DNA of 32,000 nt from Candidatus Nitrosocosmicus agrestis (GCF_008389435.1 NZ_VUYS01000007.1:54391-86390); one strand, 5' to 3'; positions 1 to 10,221 are shown, counted from the stretch's first letter. The notes: generated by a model from the letters alone, not told the origin. Numbers and translations: made by a program.

Positions 1-990
1 ACAAAAATAGAAGTAGACAAGGTTTCTATAATTCCTACAAATGGTAAGGAAAATTCTCAGTTTATATTGTTTGATCACATATTAACACACAGAGGCAACA
101 AAACAGGGTATACTATTGTTACTAATTCTAATACTCAAGCTACCGACGTTACACAGCCCATAACTTCACCTATTCATTTGGAAATAGCCTTTACAGAGGC
201 TATTAGCCTTTTAAACTTGCTTGGATGTACCAAAGACATCAAACTTTATCCTGTGTATGACGCTCCTAACGAGCAAATGTTAGATGAAATAAGAAAAAAC
301 ATTGAAAGCTTTACAATAAAATATAATTACACTTTTGAAGACTATAGTTCTTTGAAATTTGGTGGTATGTTTTTTGGTTCTACTGCTGTAGGCAATACAC
401 ACAAAGAGATACCAAATAAGTACGGTTTGATTGAACCAGGGATGCAAATCTTGGTAACTGAGAAAATGGGGATATTGACCTTTTTGGGATTATATATAAT
501 TAGCAACCTTGACGATTCAATCAGGGAAAAAATAAAAAACCTTGGAATTGATTCTAACAAGATAATCGAATTAAAAGATCAGGCTATAAAGAATTTGACA
601 GAACCAAAGCTATCACTAGGTAAAAGTATATCTAAATTTTTACCAGACTTTGAGAAAGAATTTGATCCCCAATCTCATATTTTGGTAACACATCCTATTT
701 CAAAGAAAGGAATTTCATCTTTCTATGAACTTGCGAAACTAATAGACAAAGAAGTATTTATCGATCAAATCCCTTATGCTGATAACTCTATTGCAAAGTT
801 TTTATCTAGGGAACATTTGATTTCAAATACAGGTGCCTCTACCCCTGAAACTAACATGTTGATCGTATCTGAAAATTTAGTCCCCACTTTGATTGAAGAA
901 TTGTCCAAACACAAGTTCAATCCCTTGGTCATAGGTAAAATTGGAAATGCAGGTAATGCTAAGGTTAGTATTAGGAATGGCAACAGATAA
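1..990 (+). CDS. SelD/AIR-synthase (PurM)-superfamily-like protein, 5'-truncated by the window edge
   Basis: The track starts the ORF at TTG 67, but the frame is open back to base 1 (TKIEVDKVSIIPTNGKENSQFILFDH...). C-terminal part resembles AIR synthase C-domains (YGLIEPGMQILVTEKMG..., NTGASTPETNMLIVSENL...PLVIGKIGNAG). Confidence 0.45.
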   Translation, partial: TKIEVDKVSIIPTNGKENSQFILFDHILTHRGNKTGYTIVTNSNTQATDVTQPITSPIHLEIAFTEAISLLNLLGCTKDIKLYPVYDAPNEQMLDEIRKNIESFTIKYNYTFEDYSSLKFGGMFFGSTAVGNTHKEIPNKYGLIEPGMQILVTEKMGILTFLGLYIISNLDDSIREKIKNLGIDSNKIIELKDQAIKNLTEPKLSLGKSISKFLPDFEKEFDPQSHILVTHPISKKGISSFYELAKLIDKEVFIDQIPYADNSIAKFLSREHLISNTGASTPETNMLIVSENLVPTLIEELSKHKFNPLVIGKIGNAGNAKVSIRNGNR

Positions 991-1175
991 AGTAAGTTCT
1001 ACCTTAAAGATACTTAGATAATTATAATATCATTATTTTTTTCCTATCCAACATTGTTCATAACCATCATTTTAAGGTTTTTTATCAGAATAATTACAAT
1101 CAAGGACAAAAATTTTATTCTCAAAAGATACATTTCAAATGCATTATAACTATTCTTTAATCCTGCCAGTATAGT

Positions 1176-1286
1176 TTATAGGAACACTAAACTAAAAGTG
1201 CTTCCTATTCCGTTATCATTATTTGTTGCCCAAATCTCGCCATTGAGCTTCAATAATCCTTTTTTACTAATTTTATATTTTTAAGC
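1176..1286 (-). pseudogene. Remnant of a sensor histidine kinase C-terminus (HATPase_c G-box region)
   Basis: The minus strand reads KISKKGLLKLNGEIWATNNDNGIGSTFSLVFL*, resembling the usual HK ending (...HGGKIWAENN.DGKGATFTFSLP). An in-frame stop lies just upstream, and there is no start codon or upstream kinase sequence. Confidence 0.45.
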
Positions 1287-1543
1287 TAGTTAGTATGTTT
1301 CTTCCATCTTTTGAATTTGGCTAAAGGAAGTTATTGAGACATGAATAAAGTTTGATTTAGAGATTATGTAACTAATACCTACTAACAAGTAACAATACAA
1401 AGTATGAAAATGTAGTAAAAGAAATTAAAAAATATATCGGTGTGAATCAACAATGCATATACTGTATACTCATTTGATTTTGACACCTTCTTAGTTGTAT
1501 ATTCGCTTATTCCATCAAACCATTACTCTAAGTTTGAGTTTTT

Positions 1544-2134
1544 TCAATTGGTATTTTTGTAATCAGGCGTTGCTATTTCGTTGATTTTTATTATCAATGA
1601 GGCGGAGTCAGGAAAACTAATATCATCCGGCGAGTTATTGAATATTGCAATATCCGTTATACGGTTAGTCCCATTTGTTACCATACTTCCCTCATACAAA
1701 CACAATTCTCCTGCTTCAGAGAGTTCAGAAATTAAATCTAACCCCGTAATAGGAATCTCACGATCCGGTCCAAACAAAAATACAATGGAGGTAGAATATT
1801 CCTCATTACATGGAATTTTTGCCAAGATATGAGCATTTGATATTTTGTAAGGTGTTGAATCATACAAGTATAGATAACTGTCTGAAGGCAAGGTCTTACC
1901 TGCCAAGAGGATTGTTTCAGAATCATTTACGGTAAATTTACCTTTATCGTTACCTTCAGTAGTATTTTTATTGCTTGATAGTACTTGCTGAGCATTTAAA
2001 TCTTCTTCATTTTGTGAATAAGAATTCTGAAAATGATTAATTGACGTAACGATTAATGCAAAAATTGCAAAAGTTGAAAGCGTCATTGTAAACGAGTTGT
2101 ATGGCAATTTCATTAGAAAGAAGATTAAATGCAA
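1544..2134 (-). CDS. Hypothetical secreted/membrane-anchored protein
   Basis: 196-aa ORF with a hydrophobic N-terminal segment (MTLSTFAIFALIVTSINHFQNSYSQ) resembling a signal peptide. The true start may be an internal Met. Confidence 0.55.
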   Translation of the reverse strand: MHLIFFLMKLPYNSFTMTLSTFAIFALIVTSINHFQNSYSQNEEDLNAQQVLSSNKNTTEGNDKGKFTVNDSETILLAGKTLPSDSYLYLYDSTPYKISNAHILAKIPCNEEYSTSIVFLFGPDREIPITGLDLISELSEAGELCLYEGSMVTNGTNRITDIAIFNNSPDDISFPDSASLIIKINEIATPDYKNTN

Positions 2135-2748
2135 TACATAAAAACATATCTTGTTTCTCTTTGTCGTTGAATTTATTTATGATATAAAAATAGCAGGTGA
2201 AATTAAATAATCATCACAACACCCTAACAGAAGTAAGAAAATTTAGAAAACTTCTTTATGCCAATTATGGTATATTTCTTAATTATCTATCTGTAAAATT
2301 TTTATTGAGGATATATACAAGGAGCACATTTTCTATATTACTTTACTAATATTTTGATTTATTGTGATAAATTTTGGAAAACAAAAATATATATCAATCA
2401 GTAATATTTGTGATTGATAATCAATTTTCCTTTATTTCATGTTAATAGTAATATAAAATAATAGTTGTATACTAAATATTTAGTTGAAATCAAAGGATCT
2501 GACGCAAAATATTACTCAACATGATTTTAGATACTTTATAGTATCATTACGATTTTTTGTGGTCTACATCATAAAATCGATAACATACAGAAATACACAA
2601 CATATTTTTAAAAGTATGTATTAAACTACTAGCGCACAAACTAGAAAATATTTTGTTTAGCGGATTAATATCTCTAATTCATACAACATTCTAATACAAT
2701 AGATCAGAGTAAAATGACACTATACAAAGAAACTTAAAGATTAACAGT

Positions 2749-3297
2749 CTATTCCCATGTAGTTCCAGACAACTTTGAGAACTTCAAATAGGCCTTAGTT
2801 TTGTCCAATTCATCAGTTCTTGCGTTAGTTAAATTTGCTTCTACGAATATTGTCTTGCCTAACGTACTTCCACGCAAATCAGCTTTATTTAGGTCAGACC
2901 ACATAAAATTGGTGTCGATAAGTGTACTATTTGTTAAAACAGAATCTGATAATGACGTATACATTATTAAAGCATTAGTAAGGTCAGATTCATCAAGATT
3001 CGCTCTTGTCAAGCTTGCCTGGACCAGATTTGTGTTAACTAGCACAGATCTTGATAAATTAGTGTCAACTAGAGATACACCATTTAGATATGCGTTTGAA
3101 AGATTTTTGTTTGAAAGATCCAAGTTATCAAAATCTAGTTTCACCGTAAGATTTTTCATCCTCCATTTATTGAATTCGTCGATTAGTTCATCTTGAAGAA
3201 GCTTTAATCCCTCACTAGATGTCGAATCAGCCATGCAAATTTGTTTCTGTTTTGTTAATATTAATTTGTCGGATCTATTTCTTGGAAAAGATACCAA
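2749..3297 (-). CDS. Pentapeptide-repeat protein
   Basis: 182-aa ORF with repeated A(D/N)LXX-type units (LDNLDLSNKNLSNAYLNGVSLVDTNLSRSVLVNTNLVQASLTRANLDESDLTNAL...). Confidence 0.8.
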   Translation of the reverse strand: MVSFPRNRSDKLILTKQKQICMADSTSSEGLKLLQDELIDEFNKWRMKNLTVKLDFDNLDLSNKNLSNAYLNGVSLVDTNLSRSVLVNTNLVQASLTRANLDESDLTNALIMYTSLSDSVLTNSTLIDTNFMWSDLNKADLRGSTLGKTIFVEANLTNARTDELDKTKAYLKFSKLSGTTWE

Positions 3298-3361
3298 AAA
3301 GATTCTTAGACGACAATAACATCAAAATGATGGAAAAATAAATACAACATAAAAAATTAAA

Positions 3362-3838
3362 CTATCCGCCGGTCAAAGTTGTAAATTTGTTTGTTCTTTT
3401 AACGTGTGCGATATAGTCTAAGTTTGCCAATGCAATCATGGCAGACTCCCTTACCTCTTCGCTTTCATCATTTAACGCCTGCTCGAGTGTATTTCTAGCC
3501 TCTTCAGAGCCAATTACACCTAATGCGACTGCAGCTTCATGTCTCACAAAAAAACTTTGATCGTTTAATACCGCTTTTGACAAAGCATCGATTCCACTGG
3601 TATAGCCTAATTGACCTAATGAAAAAGCAGCTTCATGTCTCACTAACTGATCAGTATCATTTAATAAAACCTGTCCGATTGGATCTATTGCTTTTTCTCC
3701 TGAGATATCTGCAAGTATGCAAACAGCCCGGGTCCTAATTACGTAATCTTTATGATTAATTAGATTCTTAAAATACTCCTCATCTTTATTGTCAAAATGT
3801 CGCTCCATTTCGGTTAACAAATCTAATCTATTGTCCAA
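3362..3838 (-). CDS. HEAT-repeat protein
   Basis: 158-aa ORF with ~31-residue HEAT units (DYVIRTRAVCILADISGEKAIDPIGQVL / DQLVRHEAAFSLGQLGYTSGIDALSKAV / SFFVRHEAAVALGVIGSEEARNTLEQAL). Confidence 0.85.
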   Translation of the reverse strand: MDNRLDLLTEMERHFDNKDEEYFKNLINHKDYVIRTRAVCILADISGEKAIDPIGQVLLNDTDQLVRHEAAFSLGQLGYTSGIDALSKAVLNDQSFFVRHEAAVALGVIGSEEARNTLEQALNDESEEVRESAMIALANLDYIAHVKRTNKFTTLTGG

Positions 3839-3927
3839 GGAGATTAGTGAAATTTTCTTGGATTAATAACGGTTTGTAAATTTCTCTTTATAGACAATTA
3901 GATGTTAGTTGCCATTATTTAACTTTT

Positions 3928-4009
3928 TAAATAAGAGGAATAGAAGCAAAAGGAAGGAAGGGAGGAAGATGGATAGAGATAGAGATAGAGATAGAGATAG
4001 AGAGAATAG
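3928..4009 (+). repeat. Purine-rich tract ending in a GATAGA/GATAGAGA microsatellite
   Basis: The sequence reads ggaatagaagcaaaaggaaggaagggaggaagatggatagagatagagatagagatagagatagagagaatagg. Confidence 0.8.
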
Positions 4010-4159
4010 GCAGATTAATTAATAAATCTCAAATTCCTTTTATAAGCAATTCTTTATCCATAAAATCTACTTATTATTCATCAATTTGAAAATGAAAAAC
4101 TTTAGCATTTTGAATATAGTCTACATATATAAAATACGTGAAATTATTCAATACATGTA

Positions 4160-4618
4160 ATGCGTGTAAGGTATTGGAGACTTAACTTGAATGAATTAAG
4201 AAATGGTGCATATCCCGCTGAAAACGCAAATCATTGGGAGATAAAGTGTTTACAAGGAGAACACCGGCATTTTGGTGTTTTTTGGTACAGGTATGGTACA
4301 CCTTACGATAAAGAACCCGTAAACGGTATTTGTTTTTATTTTAATGATTTACCATATGAACAAGTCCAAGATATTGCCAACTTCTTAAACTCAAAATACG
4401 GCGGAAAAATATTATTCAGACAAACAAGAGGATTCCTACAAGGTTCAAAAGAATTCGCAGACAAAGATTCGATAGCAAAACTTGCTGAGGAGCTAAGTAC
4501 AAAATACAATGCTCCAATTGAAATAACCATTGAATTTGAAAAAATAGACAAAGAGAATCAAGAAAAAATGATAACTTTCCCTCCAGGTAAAGCATTACCG
4601 ATAGTTGGACCTGACTAA
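4160..4618 (+). CDS. Hypothetical protein
   Basis: 152-aa ORF with mixed, soluble-like composition (MRVRYWRLNLNELRNGAYPAENANHWEIKCLQ...). No family recognised. Confidence 0.6.
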   Translation: MRVRYWRLNLNELRNGAYPAENANHWEIKCLQGEHRHFGVFWYRYGTPYDKEPVNGICFYFNDLPYEQVQDIANFLNSKYGGKILFRQTRGFLQGSKEFADKDSIAKLAEELSTKYNAPIEITIEFEKIDKENQEKMITFPPGKALPIVGPD

Positions 4619-4756
4619 CTATAATCATTTATAATTTTTTTCTTACATATTAAAAACGAAAACCATCAAATCCATATCGGAACAATCCGTATACGCCTTG
4701 TCCAACAAGATACCTATATATTGTTTGAATTTCACCGTTTAATTGGCTCTACTATT

Positions 4757-5686
4757 ATGAGTAAAGAAAAATCACTTGTAGAAAAAAAATTAAGGGGTTC
4801 TGGAGGTTACGCGATAGCAGAGGTAAGTGACGATGAACAAAAGATGGCAAATTTGGGCGGTCCCGAGCTCTTTTTGGCAGGAATAGGCAAATTAAGCAAT
4901 GACAGGTTCAAGAAATATTATTGCAACAAGTGTGAAAAAGAATATCAAGGAGCTCCAAATGTAGAATTTGAAAACCCTAATGAAGATTTGGGTGAAAATA
5001 TAATTTTAATAGAAAAGGGAGAATACAAATGCAAAACATGCAATTACGTTATAGCACAGTATAGAAAATTCAACGAATCTAAAAACGTAGAAGAAGTGAA
5101 GCAGCAAGAGAGCGATAATAGCAAAAAAGTTTTTGCAAAAGATCAGACCAGACAAGTAGAGGAGACAAATTCAAATTTAAGGATCAGAGAGACAGAAGAA
5201 GAGGAAGAAGATAATAGCAAAAAAGAACAAGAAAATATCAATGATATAAATTCATCGAAAGAATTTAAATTTGAAAGTAGTACGAATTTGAGTTTGAATG
5301 CAGATTCTAGTTATGTTCAAATTGAGAAAATTGTAGGTATGCTTACGTACGATCAGAATGCGCATCTACTCGGCAAAGTAAATGAAATAGGCCTGAGAAT
5401 GAAATCAGATGGTAAAGTTGAATTTTGTTTTAAGGTAAAAGACTCGGCTGATTCGATTTCAGAGATAGCTTGGAATAACATTTCGAAAATAGGGGACATA
5501 ATCATATTATCAAACAAGAATGCTTCCAGTAATGAGAAGAACGATTTTACTTCAAGTGATGTTAATAGCATTAGCAATGATCAAGCCGATCACTCAAAAT
5601 CAGAAAGTAAAGTTTGTCCAAACTGTAACTTTAAAAATGAATTAGGATCAATATTTTGCGAAGAATGTGGTAAAAAATTGGAATAA
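4757..5686 (+). CDS. Zinc-ribbon protein with N- and C-terminal CxxC pairs and a central acidic linker
   Basis: Contains YYCNKCEKEYQG...YKCKTCNYVIAQ and C-terminal VCPNCNFKNELGSIFCEECGKKLE. The track begins at TTG 4721; ATG 4757 (MSKEKSLVEKKLRGSGGYAIAEV) is the more likely start. Confidence 0.7.
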   Translation: MSKEKSLVEKKLRGSGGYAIAEVSDDEQKMANLGGPELFLAGIGKLSNDRFKKYYCNKCEKEYQGAPNVEFENPNEDLGENIILIEKGEYKCKTCNYVIAQYRKFNESKNVEEVKQQESDNSKKVFAKDQTRQVEETNSNLRIRETEEEEEDNSKKEQENINDINSSKEFKFESSTNLSLNADSSYVQIEKIVGMLTYDQNAHLLGKVNEIGLRMKSDGKVEFCFKVKDSADSISEIAWNNISKIGDIIILSNKNASSNEKNDFTSSDVNSISNDQADHSKSESKVCPNCNFKNELGSIFCEECGKKLE

Positions 5687-5704
5687 TTTATACTATTATT
5701 GTTG

Positions 5705-7822
5705 TTATTTCTTCTTTAATCCAATTCTTACATCCACAACTCTTGAGCCGCGCCCCTCTTCAAGTACCAATAGTGGGTTTATATCGAATTCTTCAATTTC
5801 CGGAAAATCAACAATCAATTGCGATAACCTAAGCAAACAATCAACAATTGAAGGTATATCAGCTGGTTTTTCACCCCTAGCACCCTTTAGTAACGAAATT
5901 GTTTTGATCGACTCCACCATTTCTTGAGATTCAGATCGTGAAATAGGAGCAAGTCGGAAATTAACATCTTTTAGAATCTCAACATATATTCCACCTAATC
6001 CGAACATCAAAAGCGGTCCAAAAAGTTTGTCTTGCTTTGCTCCAAGGATCAGCTCTTTGGAATTAGTTACCATCTCTTGAACTAACACGCCCTCAATTTT
6101 TGCATTTGGGTTATAGTTCTTTACATTTGATAGAATCGAATTGTATGCATTTTTTACATCTTCAGCGTTTTTCAGACCAACCTTTACACCTCCAGATTCT
6201 GACTTGTGTATAATATCTTTAGAAGTAATTTTCATGACTACTGGAAAACCTATTTCCGTAGCGGCTTTAACTGCATCATCCTCATTATTTACCAGCTTGC
6301 TTTTAGGTACAGGAAATCCATAAGCTTGTAGTACTGAATAACCTTCATCCTCTAGGAGATTAGTTCTTCCCTCATCATAAACAGTGGACAAAACATTTCT
6401 AACCTTTTCTTTGTCAGCGGTAAAAGTTGGTAATGGTTCTTCTTTATTGGTTAACCACTTGCCAAATTTGTACATTGAATCCAAAGTTCTTATCGCCGGC
6501 TCAGCATACATAAAATGTGGTACTCCGCCCTCAGATAACATACTCTTATTATCAACACCTTCGGCTAACCCCATTAAGGCTGCTAACATTGTTTTTCCAC
6601 TATCCTTTGAAGTACGGATTATTGTTCTTGCCAAATCGTTATAGTCCAAGGTTGCAGAAGGTGTACACATAGTTACCACAGATCCGACATTAGGATTCGA
6701 TAAGACCTCTTTCAGCACTTTCTCAAACCGGTTATAGTCAGCATCACCAACAATATCAACAGGATTTCGAGATGAGCCATGCGGTGGAATAACTTTTGAT
6801 ATATTTTCTCGAGATTGCGAAATATCAGCCATTTTTATTCCATATTTTGAACATGAATCTGTGGAAATAATAGCAGGGCCACCCGCATTAGAAACTATCA
6901 CTGCTCCCTTATTATCAAGTGGCAGTGGCTGTTTAGAGAAGGCGGTAGCCAATTCAAATAACTCTTGCATTGTATCAACCCGAATCACACCGGCTTGCTT
7001 AAAGACCGCATCATAGACTTCATCAGCACCCATCAATGCACCAGTATGAGACATCGCAGCCTTGGCACCTTCTGGCGTCCTTCCGGATTTTAATACGATT
7101 ATTGGTTTTCGCTTTTCAAGTGTAATTCTCTTTGAAGTAATCATAAATTTGCGTCCATCATGTATATCCTCTAAATACATCACTATTACCTTCGTGTACG
7201 GATCATCTTCTAATAGTTCGAGAATATCGGTTTCATTCATATCGACCTTGTTACCCATACTGATTACCTTTGAAAATCCAATTCCTTGGGCAATAGCGTC
7301 TTCGACCGTCGCAGCGCAAATTGCTCCACTCTGTGAAACTAATGCTATTTCACCGTGTTTAGGAGTTATTTTCAGAAAGGTTAAATTCATCAAGTTTTGA
7401 TCGGTCAAACTCATAATACCAAGACAGTTTGGTCCAATGATCCTTGTTCCATATTTTTTACCAATATCTTGAATTTGTTGTTCTAATTTTGCCCCATTCT
7501 CATCAACTTCCTTAAATCCTGCAGAAACAATAATGCATGATTTAATATTCTTTTTTCCAATTTCCTCCATTACAGCAGGAACGGTTCTATTGGGTGTGGC
7601 TACCACAGCAAGATCAATGTTATCTTCAACATCAAGTACACTTTTGTATGCTTTAAGGTCAAAAACTGTTGGATTTGTTGGAGTGATTGGATATATTTTG
7701 CCCTTGTAACCGTTTAAAATATTTGAGAAAATGGCTTTCCCAACTCCAGGTCTTTCTGAAGCTCCTATGACAGCAATAGAAGAAGGTGAAAGAAATATGT
7801 TTTTTAAATTTTCATCGCTCAA
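5705..7822 (-). CDS. ADP-forming acyl-CoA synthetase, fused alpha/beta (acetyl-CoA, 3-hydroxypropionyl-CoA or 4-hydroxybutyryl-CoA synthetase-like)
   Basis: 705 aa. N-terminal CoA-binding domain (SSIAVIGASERPGVGKAIFSNIL), ligase-CoA region with IIGPNCLGI, and C-terminal ATP-grasp domain (GFPVVMKITSKDIIHKSESGGVKVGL...EFDINPLLV). Confidence 0.88.
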   Translation of the reverse strand: MSDENLKNIFLSPSSIAVIGASERPGVGKAIFSNILNGYKGKIYPITPTNPTVFDLKAYKSVLDVEDNIDLAVVATPNRTVPAVMEEIGKKNIKSCIIVSAGFKEVDENGAKLEQQIQDIGKKYGTRIIGPNCLGIMSLTDQNLMNLTFLKITPKHGEIALVSQSGAICAATVEDAIAQGIGFSKVISMGNKVDMNETDILELLEDDPYTKVIVMYLEDIHDGRKFMITSKRITLEKRKPIIVLKSGRTPEGAKAAMSHTGALMGADEVYDAVFKQAGVIRVDTMQELFELATAFSKQPLPLDNKGAVIVSNAGGPAIISTDSCSKYGIKMADISQSRENISKVIPPHGSSRNPVDIVGDADYNRFEKVLKEVLSNPNVGSVVTMCTPSATLDYNDLARTIIRTSKDSGKTMLAALMGLAEGVDNKSMLSEGGVPHFMYAEPAIRTLDSMYKFGKWLTNKEEPLPTFTADKEKVRNVLSTVYDEGRTNLLEDEGYSVLQAYGFPVPKSKLVNNEDDAVKAATEIGFPVVMKITSKDIIHKSESGGVKVGLKNAEDVKNAYNSILSNVKNYNPNAKIEGVLVQEMVTNSKELILGAKQDKLFGPLLMFGLGGIYVEILKDVNFRLAPISRSESQEMVESIKTISLLKGARGEKPADIPSIVDCLLRLSQLIVDFPEIEEFDINPLLVLEEGRGSRVVDVRIGLKKK

Positions 7823-7903
7823 TAAAAAATTTAATAGAGTATGGATATAAATATATTAAAAAATTTAGTTTTTATACTAAAGAAATATTTATCAACATAC
7901 CTG

Positions 7904-9283
7904 ATGTCCTCAGAAAATTTGACCATGGATATAGACACTCCTGGGTTAATAAAAGATTTACAGAAATTAATAAAAATACCAAGTGTTTCTGCAAGAAAGC
8001 AAAATTTGGAAGAATGTGCAAAAGAGATTGTTCAAATGATGAAAGAAATAGGAATAAACTCAGAACTGATCTATTTGGACAATGACGACAAAAAAAAATC
8101 AATTCCACCATTAGTATATGGAGAGGTCAAATCTAAATCGAATCCCAACGGGAAAACAGTATTATTTTACAATCATTATGACGTCCAACCAGAAGAACCA
8201 ATTGATTTGTGGAAGTATGATCCGTTTGAAGGCAAGGTTGACGGTAATTTGATATATGGTAGAGGCGCTTCCGATGACAAAGGAGAGCTTATAACAAGAT
8301 TAAAGGCTGTCGAATATTTTATCAAGAATTATGGCGATGTGCCTTCTAATATCAAGTTTGTTGTAGAAGGAGAAGAAGAGATTGGAAGCAATAACATTTC
8401 AAAGTATCTCGAAGCATATAATTCAAAATTCAATACTGACCTTGTTATCTGGGAATTTGGTTATGTAGATCAGGAACAAAAGCCAATAATTAGTCTCGGA
8501 ATGAAAGGTCTGTTATATGTGGAACTGACTGCTCAAGGCGCTTCAAGGGATGTCCATTCGAGCTTGGCGGTCCTAATAGAAAATCCGGCATGGAGAATTG
8601 TTCAAGCTTTATCAACCCTGATGGATAGAAGGGGAAGAATACTGATAAAGGATTGGTACAAAGAGATTAAAGAGCTATCTGACGAAGAAAATGCAGTAGT
8701 TGAAAGTGAACCCTTTGATGAAAAGAGTTTCAAAAAGGAATACGGTATAAACAGGTTCATAAACGATCTTAAAGGAAAAAGCGTTAAGAAGGCATTAATC
8801 TGTGAACCAACTTGCAATATTTCTGGATTAAACTCAGGGTATTCTGGACAGGGTGCGAAAACAATAACTCCGTCAAAGGCGATGGTAAAAATTGATTTTA
8901 GATTGGTCCCAAATATGGATCCTCTTGTTCAATTTAAAAGACTAGAAAATCATTTAAAAGATAATGGGTTTGAAGACATTAAAGTAACAAAGATACACGG
9001 TGAAGCAGCAGGTAGAACAGAATTAAGTAATCAGTATGTTAAAGTGATCCAGAAATCCGCAAATGAAGTATTTGGAGATTCTATTATATCGATTTCATCC
9101 GCTGGCACCGGCCCTATGTACGACTTCATAGAAATACTCAAGGCGCCGTGTATTTCAATAGGAGGTACCTATGTTTTTTCAAAAATTCACTCACCAAATG
9201 AATTTGCTAGAATCGATCTACTTGAAAAAACTACTAAATGCATGATACGAATTATAGAAAATCTAGCAAAATCTGTACTATAA
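7904..9283 (+). CDS. M20/M25/M40-family metallopeptidase (dipeptidase/carnosinase-like)
   Basis: Motifs VLFYNHYDVQP, YGRGASDDKGE, FVVEGEEEIGS, PSKAMVKIDFRLVPNM. The track start at 7841 precedes the more plausible ATG at 7904 (MSSENLTMDIDTPG). Confidence 0.88.
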   Translation: MSSENLTMDIDTPGLIKDLQKLIKIPSVSARKQNLEECAKEIVQMMKEIGINSELIYLDNDDKKKSIPPLVYGEVKSKSNPNGKTVLFYNHYDVQPEEPIDLWKYDPFEGKVDGNLIYGRGASDDKGELITRLKAVEYFIKNYGDVPSNIKFVVEGEEEIGSNNISKYLEAYNSKFNTDLVIWEFGYVDQEQKPIISLGMKGLLYVELTAQGASRDVHSSLAVLIENPAWRIVQALSTLMDRRGRILIKDWYKEIKELSDEENAVVESEPFDEKSFKKEYGINRFINDLKGKSVKKALICEPTCNISGLNSGYSGQGAKTITPSKAMVKIDFRLVPNMDPLVQFKRLENHLKDNGFEDIKVTKIHGEAAGRTELSNQYVKVIQKSANEVFGDSIISISSAGTGPMYDFIEILKAPCISIGGTYVFSKIHSPNEFARIDLLEKTTKCMIRIIENLAKSVL

Positions 9284-9333
9284 AATCTTTTTTTTCATTT
9301 TACTTATAAGTGTGATACTAGTTTTGATTTGTA

Positions 9334-10221
9334 TTGGGTTATGAGGATAATAATGACATAAAAAATGATTACCTTCAGGATTGGAATGATAATATAGTTA
9401 GCAAGATAGATAATAACGACGGTATAGAGAGGATTAATGAATATGTGCTACACACTGCTAGAATAATTGATTATCCAGACCTCAATGTAGCAAACTACTT
9501 AGCTCAGATAGACACAATGGGAAAGGAATTCAATGCAAAAATAAAATCTCCTAAAACCATGAGGCCAACTCTTATTATTGAAAAGTTAAATGAATTCTTC
9601 TTTGATCAACAAGAGTTCAAGCCCAATATAAATGACTATTATAATCCAGTTAACAACTGCTTGAATATAGTATTAGAAAAGAGAACAGGGATTCCAATTA
9701 CACTGTCACTAGTATACATTCACCTAGCTAGTTATCTAGATTTTAAACTGTATCCTGTCAATTTTCCATCTCACTTTCTCGTCAAGTATATACTTGATGA
9801 AAATACAAATGAATCTATAGTTATCGATCCATTCAACAAAGGCAGGATTATGGATGATTATATTCTACAGGATCTCTTAAAAAATGCATATCCAAGTTTA
9901 GAAATTTCTGTATCCAAAGATTTGCTTAAAAAAGCAATGCCAAGACAGATAATAATTAGAATCTTGAATAATTTTAAAAACGGATATTCAGAAGTAGATG
10001 ACCTAAACAAGATAATGAAAATAAATGAAATGATTATTTCCCTAGATAATTCAAATCCAGAGGCGATTAGAGATAGAGGAATTATTCTTTACAGGTTCAA
10101 GAACTATGAAGAGGCATTGAAAAATTTATATCAATATATAGAATTAAATCCAGAAGCCAGCGACATGGACAACATATTAGAATTGGTAAAACAAATTCGC
10201 GATAGTATTTTAAAAGGTTAA
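9334..10221 (+). CDS. SirB1/transglutaminase-like protein with C-terminal TPR repeats
   Basis: YYNPVNNCLNIVLEKRTGIPITLSLVYIHLASYLDFKLYPVNFPSHFLVKY is typical of the SirB1-type transglutaminase-like domain. NPEAIRDRGIILYRFKNYEEALKNLYQYIELNPEA is TPR-like. TTG start. Confidence 0.75.
   Translation: MGYEDNNDIKNDYLQDWNDNIVSKIDNNDGIERINEYVLHTARIIDYPDLNVANYLAQIDTMGKEFNAKIKSPKTMRPTLIIEKLNEFFFDQQEFKPNINDYYNPVNNCLNIVLEKRTGIPITLSLVYIHLASYLDFKLYPVNFPSHFLVKYILDENTNESIVIDPFNKGRIMDDYILQDLLKNAYPSLEISVSKDLLKKAMPRQIIIRILNNFKNGYSEVDDLNKIMKINEMIISLDNSNPEAIRDRGIILYRFKNYEEALKNLYQYIELNPEASDMDNILELVKQIRDSILKG

Noticed and set aside
5667-7400. Plus-strand ORFs overlapping the ADP-forming acyl-CoA synthetase
   Set aside because: Antisense shadows of the 705-aa synthetase; Ser/Pro-rich random-looking translations.
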